A stretch of 46,467 nt of DNA, filler included, from Sphacelaria rigidula (lineage: Eukaryota), in the NCBI GenBank assembly GCA_964200075.2. It is 2 parts of 2 records of this genome, joined end to end, with 100 filler letters (N's around TTAATTAATTAA, not from the genome) between each part and the next. Parts side by side here need not be neighbours in the genome. Positions count along the whole stretch, not along the records: positions 1 to 23,188 come from CAXNAA020000279.1; positions 23,289 to 46,467 come from CAXNAA020000280.1. The stretch is one strand, 5' to 3'. Made by a program: the position numbers and the translations under genes. Below are positions 21,351 to 35,200 of the stretch, piece after piece (the first letter of the stretch is position 1; every line of letters starts with the position of its first letter). The notes beneath the pieces are model-generated. The model saw nothing but the letters and a program-made list of their open reading frames with translations. It searched no databases and had not been told where the DNA came from.

Positions 21351-22559
21351 ATGAGCCCTCCACCACCCGAGTACACGCGGGGCCGAACCAATGAACTCCA
21401 TGAAGCGATCCGCTCACATGGATTCTGGCGACGCGCGGAAGATCTAATATCATCCGGACTGGTTGACATAAACGAAACCGATTCAACGGGAGCGACCCCT
21501 CTTATATATTCCGCCTGGTACGGGTCAGCACGCCTTATCCGGATGCTTCTGGAGCGCGGGGCAGACCCGGCAGCAGTGGACAACGATGGTTTCAACGCTT
21601 TGCATGCTTCCGCGATACGAGGGGACCGCGAGCTGGCCGTCTTGTTGTTGGACGGCGGGGCGGATGTCCAAACGGTGGAACATGTGAGCGGCACCTCGCC
21701 TCTTCACGTAGCAGCACAGCGTGGACACGGTGAAGTGGTTGACGTGCTGGTGAGGGCAGGTTCTAGTGTCAATCAACGGGCAGTCAACGGAGAAACACCC
21801 TTGTACATGGCGGCTTCTCGCGGCGAAGCTCGTGCCGTCGCCGTGCTCCTCGGTGCGAAAGCGGACCCACTTCTGTCCTGTGCCGGATACACTCCTCTGG
21901 AGATCGCGGTGAAGTTAGAGTTTCCGGACGTGGTGCACGAGATCCTACACCAGGCCGGAATCGGGGCGTGCGGGGGGGATTCCAAGGGCCAGAGTGCTCT
22001 CGTATGCGCCGCTCAGCAAAAAGATCTGCATATACTGAGGTTGCTCTCAGAGGGCGGGGTGGTCGATACCCGGGGACAAGCTCTATGTGCCGCTGTTTCT
22101 GGCGGTCTCGAGCAATCCGTCAAGTTCTTGCTGGAGACACGTGTCCCGCGCCACAAGGTGGTAGTCGACGATCGGGGATATTTGCGTGAACCCGGTGATC
22201 TCGAGGTCTATGTCAACGTCGCTCGTGACAGCAACAATTTTTCGGCCATCCAGTGTTGTTTCAAAGAATGTTCGCTGAGGCCATTTTCCTGTAGAATCAT
22301 GCTCGCGCTCTTTGACGCCGGCGTGGACGTTGGCGTACTTCTCGCGAAAGAGGATGTCGTGTCATTCACAGAGAGTTTCATCGGCGAGATCCAGGGACAA
22401 GCTAAAAGCGACCCCATGTGTGAGAAAACGCTCGGGCTGCGGGGCATTCGTCGCCTGCTGCTGCAAGCGGAAGCGATCGACGCCGAATCATGGAGGTGGT
22501 GTGCTGCTGCTTCTTCCCCTACTGCCTTTGCTCCCATCGCTGCCTCTTCCAAACAGTGA
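21351..22559 (+). CDS. Intronless ankyrin-repeat protein, 402 aa, phaeovirus (EsV-1)-like type
   Basis: Tandem ankyrin motifs GATPLIYSA, GFNALHASA, GTSPLHVAA, GETPLYMAA, GYTPLEIAV, GQSALVCAA. The C-terminal GIRRLLLQAEAIDAESWRW resembles the tail of Ectocarpus/EsV-1 ankyrin proteins (from recall). Confidence 0.9.
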   Translation: MSPPPPEYTRGRTNELHEAIRSHGFWRRAEDLISSGLVDINETDSTGATPLIYSAWYGSARLIRMLLERGADPAAVDNDGFNALHASAIRGDRELAVLLLDGGADVQTVEHVSGTSPLHVAAQRGHGEVVDVLVRAGSSVNQRAVNGETPLYMAASRGEARAVAVLLGAKADPLLSCAGYTPLEIAVKLEFPDVVHEILHQAGIGACGGDSKGQSALVCAAQQKDLHILRLLSEGGVVDTRGQALCAAVSGGLEQSVKFLLETRVPRHKVVVDDRGYLREPGDLEVYVNVARDSNNFSAIQCCFKECSLRPFSCRIMLALFDAGVDVGVLLAKEDVVSFTESFIGEIQGQAKSDPMCEKTLGLRGIRRLLLQAEAIDAESWRWCAAASSPTAFAPIAASSKQ

Positions 22560-23188
22560 AGGAGGATGCAGCCTATTCTGATGCAAAGGGCGAGCATGCC
22601 GAGGATACTCTTGGCGGCTCTTTTCAGGTACAAACAACCATTAATCCCCTTGTAAGAAAGTGTTGGCGCGCGCTTTTAAAACCCAGGCTGACGTGCCACT
22701 GTATGCTTCTCGCCGCCACCTGTACCCTATACCAACAGGCAAAGCCACAAGCTCGATGGACCCTTCCTGGGATACGATTCGGAGGCCCGAGAGGAAAATG
22801 CGAGCGAGGCGCTCAAGTAGAAGAGACACGGTGGTGTAGATGAACGCGTTTTAGTCAACGAGCGAGGGGCTCAAGTAGAAGATTTAAACTGCGTTGCGTA
22901 GATAGGGGGGGGGGGTCAAGACCGACAACCCTCTATTCACCACAGCTAGCGCTGACTCGTGTAAGAAAGTGAGCTATACACCTTGGTCGTGAAATGGTTC
23001 GAACCAGAGTTCTGGTGGTTATGAAAGTTTTCCTTATTTTGAGGAATCGACATGTCCGAAATTAGTTGGTGTATTTCTAGACCAAGAACCTGTGTAAATG
23101 CCAAATTCCGAGAGAAATCAGCAAGCAACAACAAATTATGCGAATTGAGGTTTAACTTCGAGATGAGGCTCAAGCCCAAAACAGTGCT

Positions 23189-23288
23189 NNNNNNNNNNNN
23201 NNNNNNNNNNNNNNNNNNNNNNNNNNNNNNNNTTAATTAATTAANNNNNNNNNNNNNNNNNNNNNNNNNNNNNNNNNNNNNNNNNNNN
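23189..23288. other. Assembly gap with an artificial all-frame-stop linker TTAATTAATTAA (23233-23244)
   Basis: 44 N + TTAATTAATTAA + 44 N = 100 nt. Confidence 0.97.
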
Positions 23289-26200
23289 AGACGCCAGACA
23301 CGTCATTCCTGACCAGCCTCTTGGTCGTTCTGGAGGCGCGGTCCCAAAAGGATTAACATCGATACCTGTTGGCATCGATAACCAGAGGAGGCCTGCCGCC
23401 GAATCCCGGGAAGTTGCAGCCGTTTCCAGATCCAGAGAACTTGTCGATGCGGGGGTGGCATGTGACACGCCGCTGCTCATCTTTCCAGAACTTGACGTAG
23501 TCGTAACTGATATTCACGGGAGCGATCAGGAAAGTAAGTCGTGTTGAAGCACAACGAAAGAAAGTGCCACCGCTTCATTGGATGGAGGTGTGAAAGCTAT
23601 ACATGGCATCACAACGATTTTCGTCATCAATAGGTCAACGTTGGAATGCTGGACATGCGCGAGGCATTCTGGCGCATGAGTTTGCAAACTAATTTACCCC
23701 GAAAAAGGTAGCATCAACAATTGTGGGCACGACGCCGATTCAAGTATGGTATGGGCACGAGAGTTAACTTGTCGCTGGTGAAACAAACTACCTGGGCAAA
23801 ATGTCAGTAAAACCCGTCTTTTTGTTTTCGCTTGGGGGGGGGGGAGGTACTCGTTCGTTGCTTGCCTTACTCGTATGACCATTGACCACGCATTTCTTTC
23901 GAGACGGAGCACCGTTCCTACTCTTAATGGACACCTCCAACATTTGGGCGTTAATTACGTTTCTTCCATGCATGACGCAGGAACCTTTCACGTATCTTAT
24001 CCCCGTCCTGTTTCGCCGTCTGTGGCCACCGTCTCCTGGTATAGCCATCGTTTTCCCGCTAACATACTGTCCGATGTATCAAATGTTTTCATGCCATCTT
24101 CGTTTACTTCCCACATTTGCCACTCTAACACGTCCCGTTCCTCCTTGTACACTTAACATTTTCCCACTGTATGAGTTGTACTCTCTATTGCTTCGCCACA
24201 TGGGCAGTTCTGTGCATCTGAGTCTTACTGGTATACCGCTTCTCTCTGGCAGGTCCAGGTTCCCCACCCGAAATCGCCGTTTTAATTTTCAACGAAGTCC
24301 CTTGGGCCATGCAGATATGTTTGCATCCCCATCTCTTCTCTCAACCTCTTGTATATCTTCAAGTGCTCTTCCTCGTCCACTTTCCATCTTGGCGCATTTC
24401 CTCCCCCCCTTATTTCGATCATATTTCTCACTCTTGTCTTGCACCCCATGCATTCACCTATGGACATTACCTCGTCTTGGTTTCCTCCTATGTCCTTCCT
24501 TACTTTCTCGACTACGCTATCCGACATTATTCCAGCTTGCCCTGTCGTCATTTTCTTTAATGCAACCTTATGAACTATGGCTGGCAATATTTTTGTTGGC
24601 ACCGCGGCGCGGGGGGGGAGCTATTATCCGCATTTGGTCCAAAAACACGTTGTTTCGTCTGAAGCGCAATGCAAAGCAAAGTATGAAAGGAAGCAAACCA
24701 GTGGGTTGTTCACCATCAGCATCGGAATTGCTGCACACATTCAATGACCCGACCACCGGTTCGCCAGTAGATCGGTCACAGCTGATTCTAAATCGATTTG
24801 GGGGGGGGGGTCGAACGTTCACCAGGATCATTCTTGGCGGACGTAAAAGTTGAGAGAATTGTTTTCAATCTACACAGAAGCATTCGAAGGTGTCCTAGTT
24901 TACTCACTTGCACGTCATGCCGACGTGTTAAATTAGCATTTGCACTTGATTTGATGCTACTGTGTTGACAAGAAACCCCGTGCTGAACAATTGGCTCACT
25001 TATCCTCTGTGCTGGTCCTGGGATCGAAGGTAATTGTCATTCGACTCGCCCCGGGAATGCTGAGCTCATGGAGCTCGTTCGTGTTGGGCTCGTAGCGATG
25101 CTTGCTCTCCATCATCTAGCACCGCAGATGTCAGACAACCATGGAACGCGGCAAAGGGAACGGTTGAGGACGACGCATCAAGTATTTTGTTGGGCCAAAA
25201 CGCGCATATCGACATCGTCTTTGCTTTACACGAGAGAATTCTTGCACTGCAACATCTTGCTGGGGACAAGCCACGGACAAGCAGTATAGTCGACGAATGA
25301 GGCGAAGTAGTGTGCTCGCACGCGTCTCGCTACTTCGTCCGAACGTCACGTAAAAGATGAAGCTATACGCGAACACCGTCCCAGCCCCGCCCTCCCTTAT
25401 TTCGGCGTTTTTCACGTCTCAGCCTGAACCATATCCATGACGATATACTTGTGTATAAAAAATACCATTTTTAGCATGTTGCAAAACTGGCTCTCCGTCA
25501 CCATCCAGTATCACGACAACACGTGGATTGCTCGGATGGGTTACTCTGACAGCAGTAAGAGCTGCATTTTTTTTAACCGGTACATGACTCGGCATCCGCG
25601 CGCAAGAGGTGCTCAACGGTCGACACTCCATCAATACTTGTCGACACGATACTGGTGGGTGACGCAATTAGCTCCGCACCGAGTGTTTGTGTACTTTATT
25701 TACATACATGAACAATGCCATAGGCGCGAATTCAGTTCGAGATGTTTTCGTGTGGTCGCACATGAACTTATTCCCGAGAGATCCATTCGTGGTCGCAACA
25801 TAGACATCCCCCAGGTAACCAACATGAACAACTGGCTAAATAATAAAAAAGAGAGGAAAAGCAAGATAAAACAAAAGAATTGACTGGAAGACAAAAACAA
25901 GAACAAACCATGCGGCGGAAGAAAAGGAAGGGAACGCAAAAACTTGAAAACATGGATAAGAAAAAACGGTCCCGATGTCAAAACAAGGAAATAAACTAGA
26001 AATGGACTTACCCTGCAACATGGCTTCAGGTGAAACAGGCCGTGCGCATAAAGCTTACGCACCCATACATACTGAGGTACCCAGAGACCAAATTTGAAGG
26101 CAGGAATCTCCACCATTGAACAACAGATGGGTGTGATGCCCGTTAACTGTACCGTGCTTGCCAGCCAAACTCTCACCACTGTCTTGGTGACCGTTCCAAC

Positions 26201-29200
26201 GCTGCGAGAACCGCCTGTCGCCTCTAATTGTCGCTCCGAAGGTACCCTTTCCAGTACCCCAGACTCTGCCTTCATCACTCCAATCAATTCGCCCGCCAGG
26301 CCACTTAGACGGCTCTGCAGATCAGCACATTGTGGAATTCGCCGTTTGTGCGGGATACGCACGGTATCAGGATAACGTTAATACTATGAATACGAAGGTC
26401 ACGCGAGCGCGGACGCGTCGAGGATGAGTTTTCGATGGACGCCTGTCGCCAGTTTTTGCTACCAAATAACGTGAGAGATGCCAGTAAGTCTCGAGATGGA
26501 AGACGGCATCACATCCTAAACGATTCTTGATACGAAAACTGAACCCCACCAGTTTCACCGCGATATCTCGTGCAGTAAGCTTTTGTCCGTACAGCACTCT
26601 CTGTACACTAGCGCTGCTCACCTGAATTTTGCTTCCATGTTTGTCGACGAGAAGTGTGATAGAAGCAGCAAGAGTAGGGAGAAGTGCACCCAGCGGCGAA
26701 TCCTGTGGAATGACATGAGCAGACAGTCCCGTTGCATTCTTCGTTCATGAGGTGCAACGACTGGAAGTAACGCTGATAATTTCCGTGGACTATAGTACAC
26801 CGATCGCACACAAGGCTACAGCGACAACAGGTACCATGGGCGGGGACAATGGGCGCGTGACAGAAATGGAGGCGCAGGAAAAGCGCTCCGAAACAAACAA
26901 GATATTTCTTGGAACGGTGCAGAAAACTTCTCATGGGCATGCCGAACAGCGGTTGAGAGAGAGAGCAGCATCACGCCCACCTTGAAACTGCGACTGGGTG
27001 AATCAGCACTGGGCGATGGTATCCACAGTCTGGATCCACGTCGCGTTATCGACTTGAGGCGTTTCACGTAAAAAACCAAGCTGATCGACTACGGATATGT
27101 ATGACAAGGAGGAATATAATTCACGTCGAGCGAAAAATCACCGCGTTCTGTTCGCCAGTGAAACCACTTCTTACGGCAACGAGAATTTTTTGGCTTCAGG
27201 AGCGCCTCTTTTTGGGCGTAAGGCAACGCCCATCTCGCGAAACGATGCCCCCTTGAACGACGCCACCTCGGAAAATGACTTGCCCTGTTATGCACAACGC
27301 TCCAGCATGTGTGTAACGATTATTCGCCCAGGAAATTTGACGTGGTTCGAAATAGGAATTGGTGAAAATCTTTGAGATTCGAAACAGAGAAATCGAGTGC
27401 AGCCGTGTCTCCATTGTTCTTCTCCAACGGATCCCAGCTTTACTAACGGCCATTTTGCACTCAGGTTTGTCGGTGAATTTCAGATAGGGTGAGATACCGA
27501 CAGGTCTTACATACTGTGTAACTCCGGAACACTACCCTGAGTCGAATAAAACGCCATACTCTCCGCGGTTACCTGCAGGAGTTGATCGACTTCTGGGGTT
27601 ACGACGCCGATCCCACCCTGCGTGATATCATTTGCAACCACCCTGTCCGCCACTTCTACCGCTTTGATGGCCAAAGCAGCGCACGACCTGAAACAGCACG
27701 CGGAGATAATATATAACGATTGGAGAGCAAACAGGAGGTATGGCGGTATGGCGCCGCCCGGAGTGAACAACCTGTGGTCGGGATCATACTGGAGCATCCT
27801 AAGGGAAAACAAACCATCGGCATGAACATCCCACGAGGACAACGAATGCGTCCCCCAACAACTTTGGTGACGGCAATGACGTAGAGATGGCCCAAAAAGC
27901 GAGAAAAACCTTGGATCACCTGCACACAATCGTCACCAGAAACACCAGTTTCGTAACCGCAGACATGTCCTTCGGGAGGCGGCCCTGCCCGCCTCCAATC
28001 TCCGGCGCCGCCGTATTGGCGACAACACCGTCGACATGTGGGCACGTAACAGCATCAACAATGGCTTCCATTGCGGGTGTATCAGCGAAACGGGTAGGTG
28101 ATGGGGGAAATGGCGGTAAGCCTGCTCTTGCGAGTACGACGTCCACGTCTTGCGAATCGAGCTCACTGTCGAATGCCTCTAGGTCGGACTCCATGATGAT
28201 GCACGCAGCACTGGGGAAAAGCGCAATCGGCCATATCAGCGACGCGCATACGGATCACGCGGGAACAAAGATTGAACCGGAGGTCAGACAAAAGTAGGCA
28301 GCATATGACGAAGTATTGCGATGCGCCAGCAGAAGAAATGGCACCTCACTACGCGGAAGTCTGCTTCCGAGGCACATCGAAACGTCGAAACAAGTTCAGC
28401 TAAATGTTCTCGAGCCCCCAGATCGGCTTGCTGGGCCTTGGTGTAGTACACAGATGAACGAATCAACAGAGAATATCGAGAGCAGCATCCAAGACATATT
28501 GCCAACTAATCACAAACACCGCGAAGACTTTTTGTGACGGAAGGTGGGCAACACGTAGCCCTAACCTGCTAACGAGTTGGTTGGTGAGCCGCCCGAGCAT
28601 CTCCACCGCCGCCTCGCCGACCCCGCCAGACAAATTACCCCCCCTTTTCACTTCCCCGCCGATACCCTCCAACTCACCCCCCCTCCCTCCGCCGCCAACT
28701 CCCGAGCTAGCCTGATTCCCCCAAGCATCTATCTTCATAATAGTCTCCGCCGTTGCCACGTTGAGCAAGAGGGACTGAAGCTCCATCGGCGAAGGCGGGG
28801 GTAAATCGGGACCCGCGAGTGTTGAAGGAAGCGAAGTGAGGGCAATATTACCCCCCTCCGGCGAGTCCATTGTGTTCGCCGGCGGTTTCAGCACTCCCAG
28901 TCGTGCACCCGAAAGTCCCGAAGATGCTACGGGTGTAGGGTCCGTCCCACTGTCGAAACTAGCGCGGTTTCTGCTGCTGGGCCAAGTCTCAGATGGGATG
29001 ACAAACGGGTTGACGGCGGCATCATGGGCTGCCGGGAGGCCGTTAAGGGATGTTGACGGTGATGATCCCGAGGCCATTAGCTCTACCAGCTGGCCAGGGT
29101 CCGACATCCGGCGTAGCAGTAGCTGTAGGACTGTCTGCCTGGTGGAGCTGAGTCCGTCGCTGGCGGAAGGGAGGGCATGGAATGGTATAGTGGGGCGGGT

Positions 29201-32200
29201 GAGACCCATACGTTTGTGGTGCGCCAAACACGGCAACGTGTTTGCCACGGTCATGGGCTGAACAGGTGAGCATGCGTACGGCGATGAAGGTTACGGGGGG
29301 GTCAGTCTACAGCAACTGGCCTGGTCTGTTACGATGGTTTAAAATAATGAGATTATCCATTCGAAGGAGAATCACGATCGCCGAGCTGTATGGGGTAACC
29401 TATTCCATTGTTGACCTGTGAGACAATGTATCAACCTTGACATATCCTCGCTTCGAAGGAGGTGGGTGTATATACACAGTGGTATGGTCTCCCATGTTGC
29501 GCAGATAAAGTAGCGTACCTGAGATATTTGGTGAGATACCGGGAAAGCAGGCTACACCTCTCCCCGCAAGTTGGATAGAACAAATCCATTCCCGTCACGA
29601 ACAATCGCAGGCACGCATTCTGCAACAAGTTGTTCCCCTCTTCCTTTGCCCGGCCTTCAAAGCCCCTCGCTTGGCCGCCCGAATCCCCGTGTCCATCACT
29701 CATTGCTCCATTCACAACAAGCGTGCCCTCGCACGAGACTACGCGGACCTTGCTGCCTACAGCAGCAATAGCTTCCTTTAGATTCGTGGCTTTGTCGGAT
29801 GGTGGAGGCGGGCGAGGCGGCTTCAAGTCCAGTACCCCGGTACCCCGGGTAGTACAGTTTGGTGGTGGGGGTGGCGAAAGTCCGTTTTGCGGCGATTGTT
29901 CCGCCATGATATTTGGCTGCTGTGTTTGTTGTTGATGATGTAGTTTCATCTTCTTCTGCTTGAAAGGGACAGATTGGTCTCGATCGATGACAGCCAGAAG
30001 GAGCGTCAGCAAGCGAGCGCGATGATCCGAGGAGAAAACCTCGACAGCCTAGAGGAATGAGAGAGAGCACCGAATCCACGTGTTTACTTCATGCAACTAT
30101 TCCCTGCGCCTTGGGCCGGTCGATGACCGCCCATCCCTTTTGGGGGTCAAAATACTACCTAAACTGTGGGCATTTGAAAGGTATTGTAAGCGCTGCGGAA
30201 AGAGTGTACGGACGGGTGACACCGTCAAGCATGGATATTCACTGTTGGTGCGAACCTGAGCAGGCGTAGCACCCCGTAAAAGCTGGAACAGCTGGTTGGT
30301 TAGGATGTTTAGTGCAGAGAGCACCACAGCTTCGGCTATCTCTTGCACCTCCAGCGCCCCATGCCCATCATGGCCATTGCTGCCCTTCGAAGAGGGGGCT
30401 GTTGACAATGGGTCAAGGGTGAGAGAATCTGGCCGAAGCAGGACGAATTCATGCTGCAAAATTAGAGTCACGAGACTGTCGATAGCGCCTTGAGAAACGT
30501 CCACACACATGGGCACCTGGATTGAATGGGCAAGCGGGAAGCGTGGAAGAAGGCAACAAAGCACAACAGATACTATGAGTTGAAAAGAAAACATGTATAT
30601 GTAGGTCTCTTGGTTAACTATGCTCGTCGCCATATGAAAGCATTTCCTTCCAAGCTTTCAGTTGCCATTTTCCTCCTACATGGGGAGGATCCCTGGGGTT
30701 GCAATACTCCATTTCCCCCCGACTACACCCCGCTCTGACCCCCGAGCCATTCTCTCTCGCCAAGAGCCCTGCGACAACAGTTTCTGCCGTGATATCGGTT
30801 CTTCCTTCAGAATATCTCTCGCCCCCTTGCCCATTTCTCGCGTCAGTATCACGTGAAATCAAAGATATGTCGCCCTTTCCCGGAGGAGAGGGTGGTATCG
30901 GAGGTGTTCCACAACTCAATATCTCTCCGTATATCTCTAGCGAGTGTTCCACTATAGGTCGGCTTGATCACACACAGACGTGCACAGAATGTTTGAGGGG
31001 AAATCGAACGATGATGCGGACCACACATGATTCGAGACTGAAAGCTAGCCTTATCATCATCCATGTATCGCAGCGAATCGGCTCACGCTCAAGTCTCCAA
31101 CACACTACTTATGCTCGAGGGCGGGGTTGTCGGCTATCCGCTCGCTTCGGAACGCTTTTGCGGTGAGGCTTGCAATACAGTTGCTCGTTCTCCAAGGTAT
31201 GGGGTTTTTGATTATCCCCTCGGATTATAGCCGCTTGTGTGTAGAGATGGGTTGGTTTCTTCATACCACGGACTCGTCCCGAGAAAGGGAAGGGGTTAGA
31301 ATTGAGACAAGGGAAAAAATAGTAATGAAATTGTGCTGGTAGACGAGGTTGCTGAATCCCCGCTTGCTTTCAAGTAGCTTCTCTGTTTTGGTTCTTGCCT
31401 TGACAGGTTTGAGTCTCATGCCACATCCAACGTCTGTTTTCATTGGACATTGTATTTTCAGCATCTGTTTTGCACCATTATACACTTTTTCATTGATTGT
31501 CCACGTTCTACTGGGTTTCTACAATAGTGTCTGATCGTACTCGGGCTTCGTTATTCAACTGTCGTGCGTTTTTCTACTGAATTGTTCGTGGTGTTGGACA
31601 AGTTGTCTCCTCGCTGCCAGTCATCTTGTAAAGCATGATTCAATATTCCACTGTGCACTATCGTTGTACTATACATGATCTTGTGGTTATAAGCACAACT
31701 CTACCTCGGCGTTGCAATGAAATCGCCCATCAATTCACTGCCAACGCTGCGACCGGTGTCCATGGCTCCCGCCGCGTAAGCCTTGCACATGAGAGGAAGC
31801 TCAACCTATCTCTACTTTAGGTTACTTGTGGCACCGATCACCTCTTGAGAACGAACAGCAATTGCATCGGTTAACATTTTCACTCGGTCCTATCCACCCT
31901 AGTTCCACACCACGATCCAAAAATGAGTGCCACAAAATTAGTAGGCCGTCCAAGGCAATATCGATCCTGACATCGGTGGCGACAAGTCGACCATCTAAGG
32001 CGAAGCTGAACTTTCTCTCAGCTGATAGTGCGCATACATAGAATGTTTTGGTGAAGCGTGAGGTTCTATAGCTGTGTTTACCTTGGGCGGAGGAAGGCGC
32101 TGCCGGATGGTGGCACACCCCTTCCTCGTCATTCGTAGGACCTGGTGGAATTTGCCATACATGGGGAATTGAGAGGGGAAAGACGAACAACGAAATGAGG

Positions 32201-35200
32201 GGGCAGAATTTCAGATAAAATACTGAACCTGTGCAACATCATATATCGAAATATCACAGATTCAAGTGTCATTTTTCACCGTCAACCCGCGAATACCCAT
32301 GGGATAAAGCGGGTGTTCTCGTCTAATACTTTACATGACAACAATCTCAACCACACGGCCTTCACAATATATGCGGCAACTTGAATATTCTATAGATGCG
32401 GCAATGAAATCGCCACACCAACAGGGACCACATCCAGCGCGATGTCGCTCGAACAAACACCTGAGGTACAGATCCCGGTGCAGCTCCTTTCCGACCAATC
32501 AGCGCGAATGAAGCCTGCTTGTGCATGCCAAGGGCTGCAACTTCGTCGCGCCCCGCTCCCAAGGATAGCAGCGCACGTTTGGCGGAGTTGGTGAGGTATC
32601 CAGCGGCGTCATCTTGCACAGCGATCATCACCTAAAGGGTGCAACAAACAATAGGTGCTCAGCACTACCTCCTCCAGATGGTTCTCTGAAGTTGTCAAGC
32701 GGTTGCATGGTGACGACATGGTGTCGATCAAAATGTTCCTTGTGCTGGCAGCTCCTCATCTCGGGGAGAAAAAATATACCACTATTACTGTTGATAACGT
32801 GAATTATCGGAAGGACTCCAGTATGCTTCGGAGAAAATGAGGTAGCGCCCGCAAAACATGCCCATAAGCGATGCTGATCGAAGCTTTTGCAACCTGGCAC
32901 TGTTCGCAATACGGACAGGACAGGATTGCACGCCCACTACATATCAGAAAAAAAAAATCCGCGTCCGTCTCCGCCCAACAACAATATTCCAGAGTACACG
33001 TCAGTCGTACCGTGCGACCCGTCGGAACATCGTTGAGGTAATCTGCTAGTCGGTTTGCCGCGTGTGGAGACTCCTGCAACGCGAATCCCTTGGAAATTTC
33101 GCCGGCTGAATCGAGATCCTCTGACAGCACCAGGACATTCATCCCGGCTTCCTTGCAACTCCAGTCCTCTCCTCGCACCAATAACCTGCACAAGTGTGAC
33201 GTGAGTACGTAGCATGCCCAACGCACAAGCGGCAGGTGCGAGTGAGAGAAGATGAACGAGCGACGTTTCGGGTAGGACTTGTGGATGCATAAAGTTTGAT
33301 CCATTCCGGTCACTCAAAGGACTATTTATATGAGTATTGAAGCGCGCTCGAGTATTTTCCTTTCACAAGTCGCAGTACACGAACTCAGTAAGGAGAGCAA
33401 GGGACAAAAAGAGCACACGACGACCGCTCATACAGTCTTTCAATGGCTGAAACACACACGCCCACTACGTTTCCAGATACCTTGAGAAATTCCCGTCTTC
33501 GCGGCCACCTGACGCTGCCTCCAGTTCGCACTGCGCTCTGGCCTCTGCTGCAGGCTCCTGAGAGATAAACGCGATAGAGTAAAGAGAGAGTGACATCACC
33601 TGTCAATGATCATACCAGATGCAACCCAATGATGTCCCGTATAAGCAAGGGTAGATCTCGCAGCCGTTCAAGGAGGCAAAGTAAAGGGGCGCTTTCGACA
33701 AAGCCACTCATTTTCCCCACGGGCCAGCTGTGGAAAGCAAAACAGGAAACAGCTTATCACACCCGTTCAAGGCAAGTCAACAGTCACTCCCACCGCTGTT
33801 GCGTCATGGCAGCCGCTGTCAACGTATGTGGCATGGGCTCCAATGTTCTTGGTGTAGGAGGAGAGACGTCTGCATCCAGCGACAAATGAAACGTTCTCCA
33901 GTCCATTTGCTGACTTAGCGTGCGCTGTGTCGTGATATCATTGTTTCATCAATCGCTCTTCGACTGCCGGCCTCAAACTAATAGTAACAACGTGCGTGCT
34001 TTTCTCCCTGTCATGCTTCCAGTCCCCTCGATCCTCGGGTAAGTTCGTGCTCTATTGGTGTAATGGTCTACTGGTCCCACAGGATACACGCTTCACGTGT
34101 TGTTGTCGCGGATTGGACCAGCTCTTCCGCACCGCGTCGACTTCTTCAGAGTTCGGTTGCTACTCAAGTCCTGACGTGTTCAACTTTAAAAATCAGATAC
34201 TTCTCAGAAACACCCTCTGAACCCGCATCCGCCTCGATTTGAACCAGCAATGATCCGCGTCGACTGGTTTCAGTCGTACAAGTTACACCACCAGGGCGTG
34301 TCGGTGTATGCGTGTCAACACCATAATCACCTCCGGTGGGCCGTACGGCTCTCCGAGCCTCTCCAGGTATCCCAGCAGCAACGCTGCTTCTCTTTTGGGA
34401 CTTGCCGTTAAACCCTCAGATGAAGAAGGATCGTCGACACTCCCACAGCATCTTCCTGCCTCCTCTAGACCTTCCACACGGTGTACAGGTGAACTGCACG
34501 CCAGCAAAGTCCGGATCCACGTATAGCGCGAATTATTCGCAGTGGGTACTGTGCGACGTGCTTGTTCGTTCTCTCCCCTGCCTCCGACATTCGTGCCGCT
34601 TTGTCTGGCTGTCGCTTGCACTGATTGCGGGACAGTGCCGGCGAGGGCGGCGAAATCAGGACCGAGTTGTTCAGAGGAAGGCTGCGTTGGTCGAGGAGGC
34701 GTGAAGATTGGAGGGAGCCCGTCATTTCGCCACCGGCAAAGCTAGTTGGTCCAACGTCGGTTGCAGGCAAGGAAGCGACAGAAAGGAGGGGGGGCAGGTG
34801 ATGGGAAAGAGAGAGGACGTACGATTAGGTCTGGATGTAACATTGACGAAACCTGACGTATCCCCAAAATTTTGCTTCGTCAAATCTCTCACGATTTTGT
34901 CGCACTTCGATGGTCAAACTGGTGGAGTATATCCAAGGATCGGCGGCTGCTTTGGGCGGATTTCGTGGGCCCGAACCAAGCCGTAGGGACGTGAGCAAGC
35001 AAGTTTCATGGGACTACAATCTACGGGGTTACTGGAGTGTAGATCCAACCCCAAAAAATAATTGTCGGGCAAGGATTGGGGGCATATGGGTCGATCCTTT
35101 GAGACTACGGACTCATCCTACGGAAGGGGTGAGCTTAAAGGATGGCGGAAGAGGGATACTTCCACATGGGTTTGTGACGTTGATTCAATCTGGACCCGCT

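Noticed and set aside
22801-22882. 24-bp near-direct repeat cgagcgagg.gctcaagtagaaga (similar small duplications at 16531-16554 and 44160-44194)
   Set aside because: Two-copy local duplications with no associated structure; likely slippage.
23076-23086. TCTAGACCAAG, an 11-nt match to the predicted Fanzor guide (also GGTCTAGACC at 21051-21060 and GTCTAGAT at 1113-1120)
   Set aside because: The matches are short, the first guide base and the upstream TAM context differ, and they are compatible with chance. Not called as targets.
23233-23244. Palindromic TTAATTAATTAA between N runs
   Set aside because: An artificial six-frame-stop scaffolding linker, not biology. It also means adjacency of the two halves is unproven.
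23882-24853. 323-aa + strand ORF
   Set aside because: Antisense shadow of the decayed LINE fragment; L/S/P/F-biased with no recognisable motif.
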